This document shows, piece by piece, positions 1 to 8,887 of a DNA stretch of 23,036 nucleotides. Both the position numbers and the translations under genes were made by a program. Source of the DNA: Nitrospirota bacterium (GTDB lineage Bacteria > Nitrospirota > JACRHJ01); the NCBI GenBank assembly GCA_963845245.1, contig CAWJRJ010000035.1:1-23036 (forward strand). Direction: 5' to 3'. The stretch's first letter is position 1, and each line of letters begins with the position of its first letter. The notes under the pieces are model-generated. The model saw only the letters and a list, made by a program, of their open reading frames with translations, searched no databases and was not told the DNA's origin.

Positions 1-140
1 TTGCATGATTTTGTCACCAATGCTTATCTGGGTCAAACGGGATGCCGATTGTGGGTAAAGTGAAAAAGTCGACTAACAAAAATTGGGTTAATAGAAATAC
101 GCCCGACCTGCATCACTTTCTGGGCGTGCTATTCAAGACA

Positions 141-173
141 AAGGCTTAGGGCACACCCGTAAGCCTTATTTTT
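141..173 (+). terminator. Terminator-like hairpin in the AT-rich flank
   Basis: Inverted repeat AAGGCTTA (141-148) / TAAGCCTT (160-167) followed by ATTTTT. No gene it would terminate is visible in the window. Confidence 0.4.
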
Positions 174-350
174 GGTAGAAGATGAGCCATTTTGGACACC
201 GACTCACACTATTGGCTATACAACGACCACCTAATAAGTCAAGGGGCAGAGTGGACTCGAACAATGTAACACGTTGTAATTCTTAGGTAAAATTAGTTTT
301 ATTGGAATAGGGATGTTATCATAAAGTTATTATAGAACTCCGAATTACCA

Positions 351-387
351 AATAAAATGGCCACTTACACTGATGTAAGCGGCCATT
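351..387 (-). terminator. Intrinsic terminator downstream of tRNA-Asn
   Basis: Minus strand reads AATGGCCGCTTACA-TCAG-TGTAAGTGGCCATT then TTATT, starting 7 nt after the tRNA CCA end. Confidence 0.7.
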
Positions 388-394
388 GGTCTTT

Positions 395-470
395 TGGCTC
401 CCCGGGCCGGACTCGAACCAGCGACAAGGTGGTTAACAGCCACCTGCTCTACCAACTGAGCTACCGGGGA
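395..470 (-). tRNA. tRNA-Asn (anticodon GTT)
   Basis: Reverse complement TCCCCGGTAGCTCAGTTGGTAGAGCAGGTGGCTGTTAACCACCTTGTCGCTGGTTCGAGTCCGGCCCGGGGAGCCA: 76 nt cloverleaf, D-arm AGCTCAGTTGGTAGAGC, anticodon arm GGTGG-CTGTTAA-CCACC, GGTTCGA T-loop, encoded CCA. Confidence 0.98.
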
Positions 471-523
471 TCGGTAGTATCTAACAAAAGCCGGGGCGGC
501 GGTACGCGCCCCGACAGACCGTT

Positions 524-554
524 ATTTTTACCACAGGGTAAACCCTCTTGTCAA
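524..554 (-). promoter_or_regulatory. Sigma70-type promoter for tRNA-Asn
   Basis: Minus strand TTGACA (554-549), 18 bp spacer ending TGG, then TAAAAAT, followed by a GC-rich stretch as expected for a stable-RNA promoter. Confidence 0.6.
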
Positions 555-725
555 GCCTCTTTTCCTTTAAACAGGCTTACAGTCCGCACTTAACGGCGAT
601 AGTGGCTAAAATGCATAATTATCCATGCTTTGTGATATATTTGTATAAGTGCTGGATTTTCGTATGAAAGGATCCATACTATGCCTGATATTCCTTAAAA
701 AACCCTTAGGCGGAAGGGGATGCTA

Positions 726-1673
726 TTGGGCTCTAATACCAAGGCCTCAGCGTTACCTTATCCTAGCGGTCATTCTGGCCGTCGTCACGTCCGCCGTCTG
801 GTATGTCATGTTCAGCAGCCAGGGCGTTCGGGTCGAGTTCGAAAAAACAGCACCCGCCCCAGTGCGCCGTAGGACAAACGACCGGTCCTGCGGGTGGCGG
901 TCGCGGCGATGATATCCCCTGAGGCCACAAGGGACACTACAACGAAATACTTCACATAATCGGAGACAAGGTAGGCCGCCGGGTCGTCTTCCTCCAGCGC
1001 AGGACCTATGCCGAGGTCAACGCGCTTATCGAAAAGAAAGAGGTAGACCTCGCCTTTGTGTGTTCCGGCCCATATGTTGCCGGAAAGGACCGCTTCGGCC
1101 TGGAACTCCTGGCTGTACCAGTAAGCCACGGCAAGTCAGTCTATTATTCCTACATCATTGTCAACCAAGACAGCTCGGCGGGCTCTTTAACCGACCTACG
1201 CGGAAAGATATTCGCATTCAGCGATCCGGATTCCAACTCCCGGCTACCTGGTGCCCATATATATGCTTGCACAGATGGGGGAGACTCCGGGGACTTTCTT
1301 CAAACATACCTATTTCACCAATAGTCATGACAACTCAATAAAAGCAGTAGCTGATGGACAGGCGGACGCCGCTTCGGTGGACTCGCTGATATATGACTAC
1401 CTGAATACTGCTGGCGACCCCGACGCCTCCCGCACCCGCATATTGACCAAGTCTTCCCCTTACGGCATACCGCCGGTGGTGGTGCACCCGGCACTCGACA
1501 ATAAATTGAAGCGCCAGCTAAAAGCTGCCCTTTTATCCCTGCATGAAGACCCTGAGGCCAGGAAGCTGCTCGACAAACTGCAGATAGACCGCTTTCGGGA
1601 GGGCGACCCCGGCATGTACGATTCGGTCCGGGAGATGAACCTTTGGCTCGCTAAAAGAAGCGGTAAAAAATGA
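726..1673 (+). CDS. Periplasmic oxyanion-binding protein, PhnD-like fold, AioX/ArxX/ArrX-like (rejoined over about 3 frameshifts; start uncertain)
   Basis: Joined frames give an N-terminal hydrophobic anchor YLILAVILAVVTSAVWYV, then LRVAVAAMISPE, QRRTYAEVN, DLAFVCSGPYV, YYSYIIV, LRGKIFAFSDPDSNS, SHDNSIKAVADG, AASVDSLIY, SSPYGIPPVVV. Shifts near 870, 935 and 1241. Confidence 0.85.
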
Positions 1674-3078
1674 GCCTCCGTAAAACCATATTGGTCCGCA
1701 CAGTCGTGCTTCTTGCGGCTCTTATCTTCCTGTGCAACATAGTCATGGTACTATTTTTAATCAGCCAAAACAGGGCGGCGTGGAAGAGGCTGGGCGGAGA
1801 CGAGGCCGTTTTCATAGCCAGCCAGTCTGAGAGGCTACTGCTCTGGGACGACCAGGTTGCGGTACACGACCTGTTCATGAGCCGTATGAAACTGAACAGC
1901 CATATCGACAACATGTTCATCGAAATGGGCGGCACACCCTACGCACACACGTTCCCCGCCGGGGTACCGACCGGCCTGCTCGGTTTTCATGGCCCTCCTC
2001 CCGGCAACTATGCCGTGCGCGAAGTACAGGACGGTCAAGGGCGGGTATTCTACGACATCTCCTCGCAGGTGCGCGGGATGGACGCTGTGGTACACCTCCT
2101 CCTTTCGCGCAAAAACGTGGACAGCAAGGCACTCGGCCTTGTTATGATCATTTCAGCCATATGTCTGTCCGGCTGGCTGTTGAGCATACTGCCCGCATGG
2201 CAGTCCGCTCGCGCCATAACGCGCGAGGCCGATAAGGCCACACAGGACCTCCAAAACCTGAACGAACAGCTCGAAACCAGAATTTCGGAGCGCACGGAAG
2301 AACTTTCAACTGCCAACGAGAAGCTTTCCGCAGAGATTGTGGAAAGGAAAAGGCTCGAGAAGGAAAAAGATGATTTTTATGCGATGGTCACACACGACCT
2401 GAAATCGCCCATAGCCGTGATAGCAGGCTATGCGGACCTGATACGTGAAATGAACGAAGGCTTCAGCAGCGACACGCTTGAAATGCTCGGCCAAATAAGG
2501 CAGAGTTCAAAAAAATTGTCCAGTATCGTTGACGAATTTCTGACTGTCTCCCGGCTCGAACGCGGGACCATGGCGCTTAACATATCTGTAAACGACGTAG
2601 CCGGTCTGGTGCGGGAGGTTGTGGAGGATTGCACTCCCATGTGCAAAGACAAAGACATTACGATAGCGGCGGAGCTGGAAGAGAACCTGCCAAAGGTCTT
2701 GATGGACAAGTTCTATGTGCAGCGGGCAGTGGCCAACCTGGTACAGAACGCCATCAAGTTCACGCCTGACGGGGGAAAGGTATTCCGTCTGCGTGACAGC
2801 GAGCCGGCGAAAATGACAACTGCATCATGGTAAGCGTGTCGGATACGGGCATCGGGATACCGGCGGACGAGCAGGACAAGGTCTTTGACAAGTACTACCG
2901 CTCACCGTCTGCCGCCGGCACCAAGGGCAGCGGTCTGGGGCTTGCGGTGGTCAAGGCGGTGGCCGTGGCGCATGGCGGGTCGGTCGAACTCCAAAGCGAG
3001 GTGGGCAAGGGCAGCACCTTCAGCCTCAAACTGCCACGTCACGCCCGAGGCCATCATCTCGGCGTAATACATACCTGA
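1670..3078 (+). CDS. Membrane-bound sensor histidine kinase (2 TM, periplasmic domain, HisKA, HATPase_c; frameshift near 2785)
   Basis: H-box THDLKSP, N-box NLVQNAIKFT, then in ORF 2827..3078 G1 DTGIGI, F-box VFDKYY and G2 GSGLGL. Start overlaps the upstream gene's stop region. Confidence 0.92.
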
Positions 3079-3083
3079 AAAAG

Positions 3084-3114
3084 AAAAAGGCAGGCCATTT
3101 GGCCTGCCTTTTTT
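3084..3114. terminator. Bidirectional intrinsic terminator
   Basis: AAAAAGGCAGGCCA-TT-TGGCCTGCCTTTTTT between the convergent kinase and helicase genes. Confidence 0.85.
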
Positions 3115-3142
3115 GTTATTTAGTGTTGCTGAAACTTCAGGC

Positions 3143-4701
3143 TCAGCCGCGGGGCGGGCGGGTGGTGTAACCGCCCCTCTCGGGCCTTGCTGCGTTGCGG
3201 TTGTCGAACCCGCCGCCGGGCCTGCCGGCAGGCCTGCCTGCGGGCCTACCTGCGTTCCTGCCTTCTGGGCGGGGACCGCTGAAGCTTCTTTCGTACGGCC
3301 TGCCCTCAGGCCTTGCGCCGTACGAGTTCCTGCCGTCGGTGCGTGCTCCGTTGCCGTACCCTTTCAGGCTGGCCGGGGCCGTTTCCGCCGCCCCTGACTG
3401 CCGGGCGGGGTGCGCTGAAGTCTCTGCCTTCCGGCCTCGGGCTGTTGTAGCTCCTGCCTTCCGGGCGCGGCCTGTTGTATCCGCCGCCGCTTCTGTCAAA
3501 CGGCCTGCCCTCGGGCCTGCGGCCGTCCCTTGACGGGGCCGACGGCCTGGGCCTGCTGGATGCGAACACCGGCTCGAGGCCCGGCACGGTGTGGACCGGG
3601 AGCGACTTGCCGGTGTAGCGCTCTATCATCTTGATCTGCTTGAACTCGCCGTCGGTGGCAAAGGATACCGCTATGCCGGTCGCGCCTGCGCGGCCCGTGC
3701 GGCCGATCCTGTGCACGTAGTCCTCGGCGGCCTTCGGCAGGTCGTAGTTTATCACATGGCTGATGCCCGTTACGTCAAGACCGCGCGCCGCGACGTCTGT
3801 CGCAACGAGGAGCCTGACGCTGCCGCTTCTGAGGCTGCTTATCGTGCGGTTACGCGCCCTCTGGTCCATCCCGCCGTGGAGTGCCGCTGCGGAGAAGCCC
3901 AGGGACTTGAGCCTGGTGGCCAGCTTGTCGGCGTTCCTCTTGGTGGCCGAGAATATTATTGCCTTGGTCACCTCGGATGCGCCCGCGAAGTGCTGGAGCA
4001 GGCGGTCCTTGTGCTCGGCGCCGTCCGTCATGTGGAGCCTCTGCTCGATCGCCTTCTGCTCCACCTTGGTCGGGGTTATCTCGATGCGTTCCGGGTCGTT
4101 CAAGGAGCGACTTGGCGATCTTTATTATCTCAAAGTCGAGTGTCGCCGTGAAAAGCAGCGTCTGCCTTCCGGACGGGGTCATGGACGCTATCCTCTTGAC
4201 GTCGTCTATGAAGCCCATGTCCAGCATGCGGTCGGCCTCGTCAAGGACGAGCATCTTCAAGGACTTGAGGTTGATGTTGCCGCGCTCCAGGTGGTCGAGG
4301 AGCCTGCCGGGGGTGGCGACTACTATGTCGCACTGGGCCAGCTGCCTGAACTGCTCGCGGTACGGCATCCCGCCCAGTATGCAGGCGGTGCGCACGCTCA
4401 TGTACTTGCCGTAGGTGCGGGCGGCCATGTATATCTGGTCGGCCAGCTCGCGGGTCGGCGTCAGTACGAGTATGCGCGGCGTTGCCGGGGTGCGCGGGCG
4501 CTCCGTCTCGCTTAGGAGCTGGAGGGCCGGGAGCACGAAGCCTGCGGTCTTGCCTGTGCCGGTCTGGGCGGAGGCCATGACGTCGCGGCCAGCCATGACC
4601 AGCGGCATCGCCTTCTCCTGAACCGGTGTCGGCGTGGAATATCCGCATTCGTTAATAGCCTTAAGTATCGGATTTGTAAAGCCAAATTCACTGAAATTCA
4701 T
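3143..4701 (-). CDS. DEAD-box ATP-dependent RNA helicase (RhlE-like) with Arg/Gly/Pro-rich C-terminal tail (frameshifts near 4105 and 3360)
   Basis: Q-motif PTPVQ, motif I AQTGTGKT, PTRELA, TPGRLLDH, DEAD, TAT, ATDVAARGLDV, YVHRIGRTGRAG. ATG at 4701 preceded by GAAAGG. Confidence 0.95.
3215..3530 (-). repeat. Degenerate coding tandem repeats (RPEGR/RPAGR units) in the helicase tail
   Basis: About 9 copies of R-P-[EA]-G-R-like units. On the + strand they appear as recurring CTGCC(C/T)TC..GGC motifs near 3258, 3299, 3424, 3455 and 3504. Confidence 0.75.
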
Positions 4702-4899
4702 TAATTTACCTTTCGAAACAATAGAAAACACAGTACCGCACAAGGCAACGACTGCCCATACCGGGATAAGACGCACCGGGCGGCGTTTTTCATTTGCCGC
4801 TAACCTATGCGGTCTGCTATGTATCAGTGTGTTGGTGCTGAAAAGCAGGAGGGGTCAGAGACAAGTGTATTTAGCGGGTTGGTCCGCTGAGTTCTGCAA

Positions 4900-4927
4900 A
4901 TTATACACCAAAAAGGGCAAAAAGCAA
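4900..4927 (-). promoter_or_regulatory. Putative sigma70 promoter for the DEAD-box helicase, giving a ~190-nt leader
   Basis: Minus strand TTGCTT (4927-4922), 16 bp, TATAAT (4905-4900). Confidence 0.55.
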
Positions 4928-4958
4928 GAATAATTATTATTTTTATTGAAAACCGTTA

Positions 4959-5316
4959 TTATTCATCCCTGTTCACCTTCTCCGGCGAGAACGCGGGCAG
5001 GCATACCGCCATGTATTCCGCGCCTTCGGGGGTGCTGTACCGCACCCACTCGCCCTTCGGGGCGATGACCGCCTCGCCAGCGTGAACATCCACCGAGCCG
5101 TCTTTGGTAGTCACCCGCAAGGAAGCCCGAAAGCACCACGGTATACTCGTCGAACTGGGGCGTCTGGCCCGGCTCTTCCCAGCCCGCCGGGCTTTTCATC
5201 CGCGCGATACTGACGGCGTCCGTGCCGGAATTGACCCGCCCGATGAACTCCTCGATTACCTTTGGCTTGTTGCCTGCGGCCTGGATGACGGTGGGGGTTT
5301 TAATATGCGTGACCAT
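4959..5316 (-). CDS. Cupin-domain protein (EutQ-like; frameshift near 5125)
   Basis: KVIEEFIGRVNSG, WEEPGQTPQFDEYTVVLSG; the other frame continues VTTKDGSVDVHAGEAVIAPKGEWVRYSTPEGAEYMAVCLPAFSPEKVNRDE*. Confidence 0.85.
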
Positions 5317-5332
5317 TTAATCCTCACGTAAT

Positions 5333-5360
5333 AAAAAAAGAGGGCGTCACCGCCCTCTTT
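5333..5360 (-). terminator. Intrinsic terminator ending the TA-aconitase-hypothetical unit
   Basis: AAAGAGGGCG-TCAC-CGCCCTCTTT with a 7-T run on the minus strand. Confidence 0.8.
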
Positions 5361-5384
5361 CATTTTAAGTTACTAAACCACACC

Positions 5385-5813
5385 TTAGTTGTGTCCGTGC
5401 TGAAGCACCTTGATCGAGACGTCTTCGGCCTTTATTATCTCGTCCTCGGTCAGGGCGTAGCCCATGGCGTTCAGGTACTTTATGGCCTCCGGCCTGTCCT
5501 TGAATATGCTCCACTTCTTGCTTGAGAACATGGCGACCGTGTGGGCCATCATGCGCGGGATCGAGCCGGGGATGGCGCATACGACCTCCACGACCCGCTC
5601 CGCAATCTGCTTGTCGAGCTCCTTGAACGCGCCCGCATAGCCGGTGTTCGCCGTCTCCATGTCCGTGGCGTCGTGGTAGATGCAGACCGGCCCCTCGCTG
5701 GTGCCGAGCTTCAGCAGTATCTTGCCGCATATGGCCTTGCCGTTGTCGGCGTCGCCCTTTGGCGGGTGCTTCACTATCGCTAGTACGTCCTTCAGGTTCT
5801 TTTCGTCAACCAT
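5385..5813 (-). CDS. Hypothetical protein, 142 aa, possibly STAS/SEC14 (SpoIIAA-like) fold
   Basis: Own RBS AAAGGAGG before ATG at 5813 (MVDEKNLK...). Pattern 'VCIYHDATDM ... WSIFKDRPEAIKYL' resembles the SpoIIAA-like family by eye. Confidence 0.7.
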   Translation of the reverse strand: MVDEKNLKDVLAIVKHPPKGDADNGKAICGKILLKLGTSEGPVCIYHDATDMETANTGYAGAFKELDKQIAERVVEVVCAIPGSIPRMMAHTVAMFSSKKWSIFKDRPEAIKYLNAMGYALTEDEIIKAEDVSIKVLQHGHN

Positions 5814-5836
5814 ACCGGACCTCCTTTTGAATTCGC

Positions 5837-7767
5837 CTACGCCTTCTGCGCTCGCGTAGTTAAGCGCGCCGCCCGCCATCATAAGCTCCTTGTCGCGGTC
5901 GGAGTTGAGCTGCGCTACCACCGCGATCTTTATGCCCTTCGTGACGTTCGTCAGGGTCGGCTTCATCACGTTCGATAATGTCGAGCGAAAGCTCGTCGCC
6001 CTGGTCCACCTTGTCGTAGTCGGCCGCGTCCTTGAACGTCAGCGGCAGGATGCCGAAGTTTATCAGGTTCGCCAGGTGTATGCGCGCGAACGACTTGGTT
6101 ATGACCGCCTTTACGCCCAGGTACATCGGGGCAAGCGCGGCATGCTCACGCGAGCTGCCCTGCCCGTAGTTCTCGCCGCCCACCACGAAACCGCCGCCCA
6201 TCTCCTTCGCCCTTGCGGGGAAGCCGGGGTCGACCGCCTCGAACACGAACTCGGATATCTTCGGGAGGTTGCTCCGAAGCGGCAGCACCTTCGCGCCCGC
6301 AGGCATTATGTGGTCTGTCGTTATGTTGTCGCCGGTCTTCAAAAGCACCTTGCCCGTAAGCGTATTGCCCGGCTTCTCCTTGCGCGGCAGCGGGGCGATG
6401 TTCGGGCCGCGCACTATCTCCACCTTGCTCGCGTCCTCGGGGGAAAGCGGCGGGATTATCATCGCGTCGTCCGTCGCAAACTTCTTGGGCATCTTGACGG
6501 TTATCGGGGCCATGCCCGAGCGTGCGCGGGTCGGTCATCTCGCCCGTGAGCGCGGCGGCGGCGCAGGTCTCGGGGGAGGCCAGCAGCACGCTTGCGGACT
6601 TCGTGCCGGAGCGGCCCTCGAAGTTGCGGTTGAAAGAGCGCACGGACTACCGCGCCGGTCGGGGGCGCGAAGCCCATGCCGATGCACGGCCCGCAGCCGG
6701 ACTCAAGTATCCGCGCGCCCGCCTTTATCATCTTCGCCAAGCCCGCTCGACTCGGTTATCATCTCAAGCACCTGTCGGCTGCCGGGGGATATGCCGAGGG
6801 ATACGCCCTGCTTTACCATCTTGCCGTCCAGCATCGCCGCGACGGTCATCATGTCCTTGTACGAGCTGTTGGTGCAGGAGCCAATCGCGACCTGCTGCAC
6901 CTTCATGCCCTTAAGCTCGGATACCTTCTTCACCTTGTCCGGCATGTGCGGCATGGCGGCCATCGGCTCAAGCGCGCTCAAGTCTATCTCTATCACTTCG
7001 TCGTATGTCGCGGTCTTGTCTGCGACCAGCCTCTTCCACGAGGCCTCGCGGCCCTGCGCCTTCAGGAAGCCCTTGGTTATGTTGTCCGACGGGAACAGAG
7101 ATGTGGTTGCGCCAAGCTCCGCGCCCATGTTGGTTATCGTCGCGCGCGAGGGCACGTCCAGCGTCTCGACGCCCGGCCCGAAGTACTCGAACACGCAGCC
7201 GACCCCGCCCTTGACGGTCTTTATGCGAAGTACCTCAAGTATAACATCCTTCGCGGATACGAACGGCTGGAGCGCTCCCGGTGAGGTTCACGCCTATCAC
7301 CTTCGGCATCTTCAGGAAGAACGGCTGGCCCGCCATCGCAAGCGCGACGTCAAGCCCGCCCGCGCCGATCGCCATCTGGCCGATGCCGCCGCCGGTGGGG
7401 GTGTGCGAGTCGGAGCCGATGAGCGTGGTGCCCGGCACGCCGAAGCGCTCCAGGTGCACCTGGTGGCAGATGCCGTTGCCGGGACGCGAGAAGTACAGCC
7501 CGTGCTTCGCCGCGATGGACTTTGCAGGAATGCGTGGTCGTCCGCGTTCTCAAACCCGCTCTGGAGCATGTTGTGGTCAACATATGATACGGAGAGGTCC
7601 GTCTTCACGCGGTCAACGCCCATCGCCTCGAACTGGAGGTATGCCATCGTGCCGGTCGCGTCCTGGGTGAGGGTCTGGTCCATGCGGATGGCAATCGGGT
7701 TGCCCGCCTTCATCTTCCCTTCCAACAGGTGCGCCTTGATTATCTTCTGCGTTACGTTCAAGCCCAA
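5837..7767 (-). CDS. Aconitate hydratase, compact (~640 aa) single-chain type; rejoined over about 7-8 frameshifts
   Basis: DQTLTQDATGTMA, YVDHN, GSDSHT, RATITNMGAELGATTS, [4Fe-4S] ligands GSCTNSS and GCGPCIG, RSFNRNFEGRSG, swivel domain DNITTDHIMPAG, NYGQGSSREHAA, KSFARIH. TTG start with GAAAGG. Stop inferred at the TAG at 5839-5837. Confidence 0.93.
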
Positions 7768-7789
7768 GTTATTTGCCTTTCTAAAAGAG

Positions 7790-8044
7790 TTATCTGTAAA
7801 TATCTTTCCTGTGTCCTATACTTTCAATGATTACTTCTTTGGCTTTATCGTCTATTTGAAATACAACCCTGTATTCGCCCACTCTCAGCCGGTACGCTTG
7901 TACTCCTTTGAGTTTTTTGCAGTCCGATGGGCGAGGGTTCTTTTCCAGGTCAAGAAGCCGTTTGAATATTCTTTCGGCGGTCCTTTCAGGCAGGCCGTCC
8001 AGCTCTTTTTCGGCTGAAGCGCGCAGGCTGACGAGGTAGCTCAT
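7790..8044 (-). CDS. relE: Type II toxin, RelE/ParE family
   Basis: 84 aa; 'SAEKELDGL...LEKNPRPSDCKKLKG...YRLRVGEYRVVFQIDD...IGHRKDIYR' is the typical RelE signature. ATGA overlap with the upstream gene. Confidence 0.92.
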   Translation of the reverse strand: MSYLVSLRASAEKELDGLPERTAERIFKRLLDLEKNPRPSDCKKLKGVQAYRLRVGEYRVVFQIDDKAKEVIIESIGHRKDIYR

Positions 8045-8253
8045 GAAGCTTTTTTCTTACGCTCGGCCATGTATTCCCGGAGCGGGCGCTTGGGTTCTTT
8101 CTTTCGCACCTCTATTATGGCGCGGTCTATAAGGTCTTCCCGGTATTCCTTTATATCAAGGAGCTTCTCAAGAAACTCCTCGCGTTCTTTTTTCTTGAGC
8201 GAACCGAGGGCCTGGATGAAGACCTCCGCAAGCCCGTTGTCTACTTTTGGCAT
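8041..8253 (-). CDS. Putative cognate antitoxin
   Basis: 70 aa charged helical protein directly upstream of and overlapping relE; RBS AGGGGGAG. Confidence 0.8.
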   Translation of the reverse strand: MPKVDNGLAEVFIQALGSLKKKEREEFLEKLLDIKEYREDLIDRAIIEVRKKEPKRPLREYMAERKKKAS

Positions 8254-8304
8254 ATACTCCCCCTAAATTAAGACCCGACGGTGCGGAGTCTTTTGAAGTT
8301 CTTA

Positions 8305-8334
8305 ATTATACATTGGCGGGGGATGGAAGGGCAA
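8305..8334 (-). promoter_or_regulatory. Putative promoter for antitoxin-relE(-aconitase)
   Basis: Minus strand TTGCCC, 18 bp, TATAAT (8310-8305). Confidence 0.5.
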
Positions 8335-8393
8335 GGGGAAAGGTTACAAAATATTTATTGTTATTTTTGATAAATAGTATATCTTATGAAACC

Positions 8394-8786
8394 ATGCAAA
8401 AACGACACGCTAAGACCAAACGAACTGAAGGGATTTGGATTGTCTCCGGACTTTTATTCATATCCGGTTCTTTTAGGCTTTATAAATTTGTAGTTATTCT
8501 TTTTTCCGGTATCCCGATACGATTAACAATTGATGAACAACAATCTATGGCTGTAGGCATCATATTGCTCTCCCTAACGGCCTTATATTCTTTTCTTGAT
8601 TTAATCGTGGCAATAGAATTGTTTTTGATGCGACGGGCGGCCTTTTATCTTTATATATTACTTCTTACCGAAGTTGTTTTTAGTGTTGTCTTTGATATAT
8701 GGCGTAAACCTACTTTTGCTATTTTTCTTAGCAACTTCTTCGCAATGGATCAATCGCGTGCACTGTTCCTCTATATGACGTCGTAA
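8394..8786 (+). CDS. AT-rich hypothetical multi-pass membrane protein (3' end possibly frameshifted, may extend to ~8890)
   Basis: From ATG 8394 (MQKRHAKTK...) there are three or more hydrophobic segments. Composition is much more AT-rich than the flanking genes. Confidence 0.55.
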   Translation: MQKRHAKTKRTEGIWIVSGLLFISGSFRLYKFVVILFSGIPIRLTIDEQQSMAVGIILLSLTALYSFLDLIVAIELFLMRRAAFYLYILLLTEVVFSVVFDIWRKPTFAIFLSNFFAMDQSRALFLYMTS

Positions 8787-8887
8787 CCTGACGCGATGTG
8801 CTCGCCTTCGACGAAGACGATCGCGTCAGTGAGTTTCTCAAGAGCTTGTTTCAGCGGGAAAATACGTCCTCAATAGCTTGCCTGAAT

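Noticed and set aside
535..546. Palindrome AGGGT-AA-ACCCT in the tRNA promoter spacer as an operator
   Set aside because: Only 5-bp arms and a single occurrence; not distinguishable from chance.
357..593. 78-aa ORF
   Set aside because: It is the antisense translation of tRNA-Asn and its promoter.
726..1673. phnD of a phosphonate ABC transporter
   Set aside because: No phnC, phnE or C-P lyase genes are adjacent; the gene is coupled to a histidine kinase instead.
3215..3530. Spaced repeats as a possible CRISPR array
   Set aside because: Units are short, degenerate at third codon positions, irregularly spaced and in frame within the helicase tail; no cas genes are present.
5385..5969. Apparent fusion of the aconitase C-terminus to the downstream protein
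   Set aside because: A strong internal RBS (AAAGGAGG) and ATG at 5813, plus an out-of-frame TAG at 5839-5837, favour separate genes in this indel-rich sequence.
5860..7767. Aconitase as a pseudogene or a split LeuC/LeuD-like pair
   Set aside because: All catalytic and Fe-S motifs are present in order and the breaks are single-base shifts like those across the window.
6269..8017. 582-aa + strand ORF and other long antisense ORFs (3763..4515, 18576..19286, 22051..22809, 22247..22900)
   Set aside because: Shadow frames opposite well-supported GC-rich genes, with no recognisable motifs.
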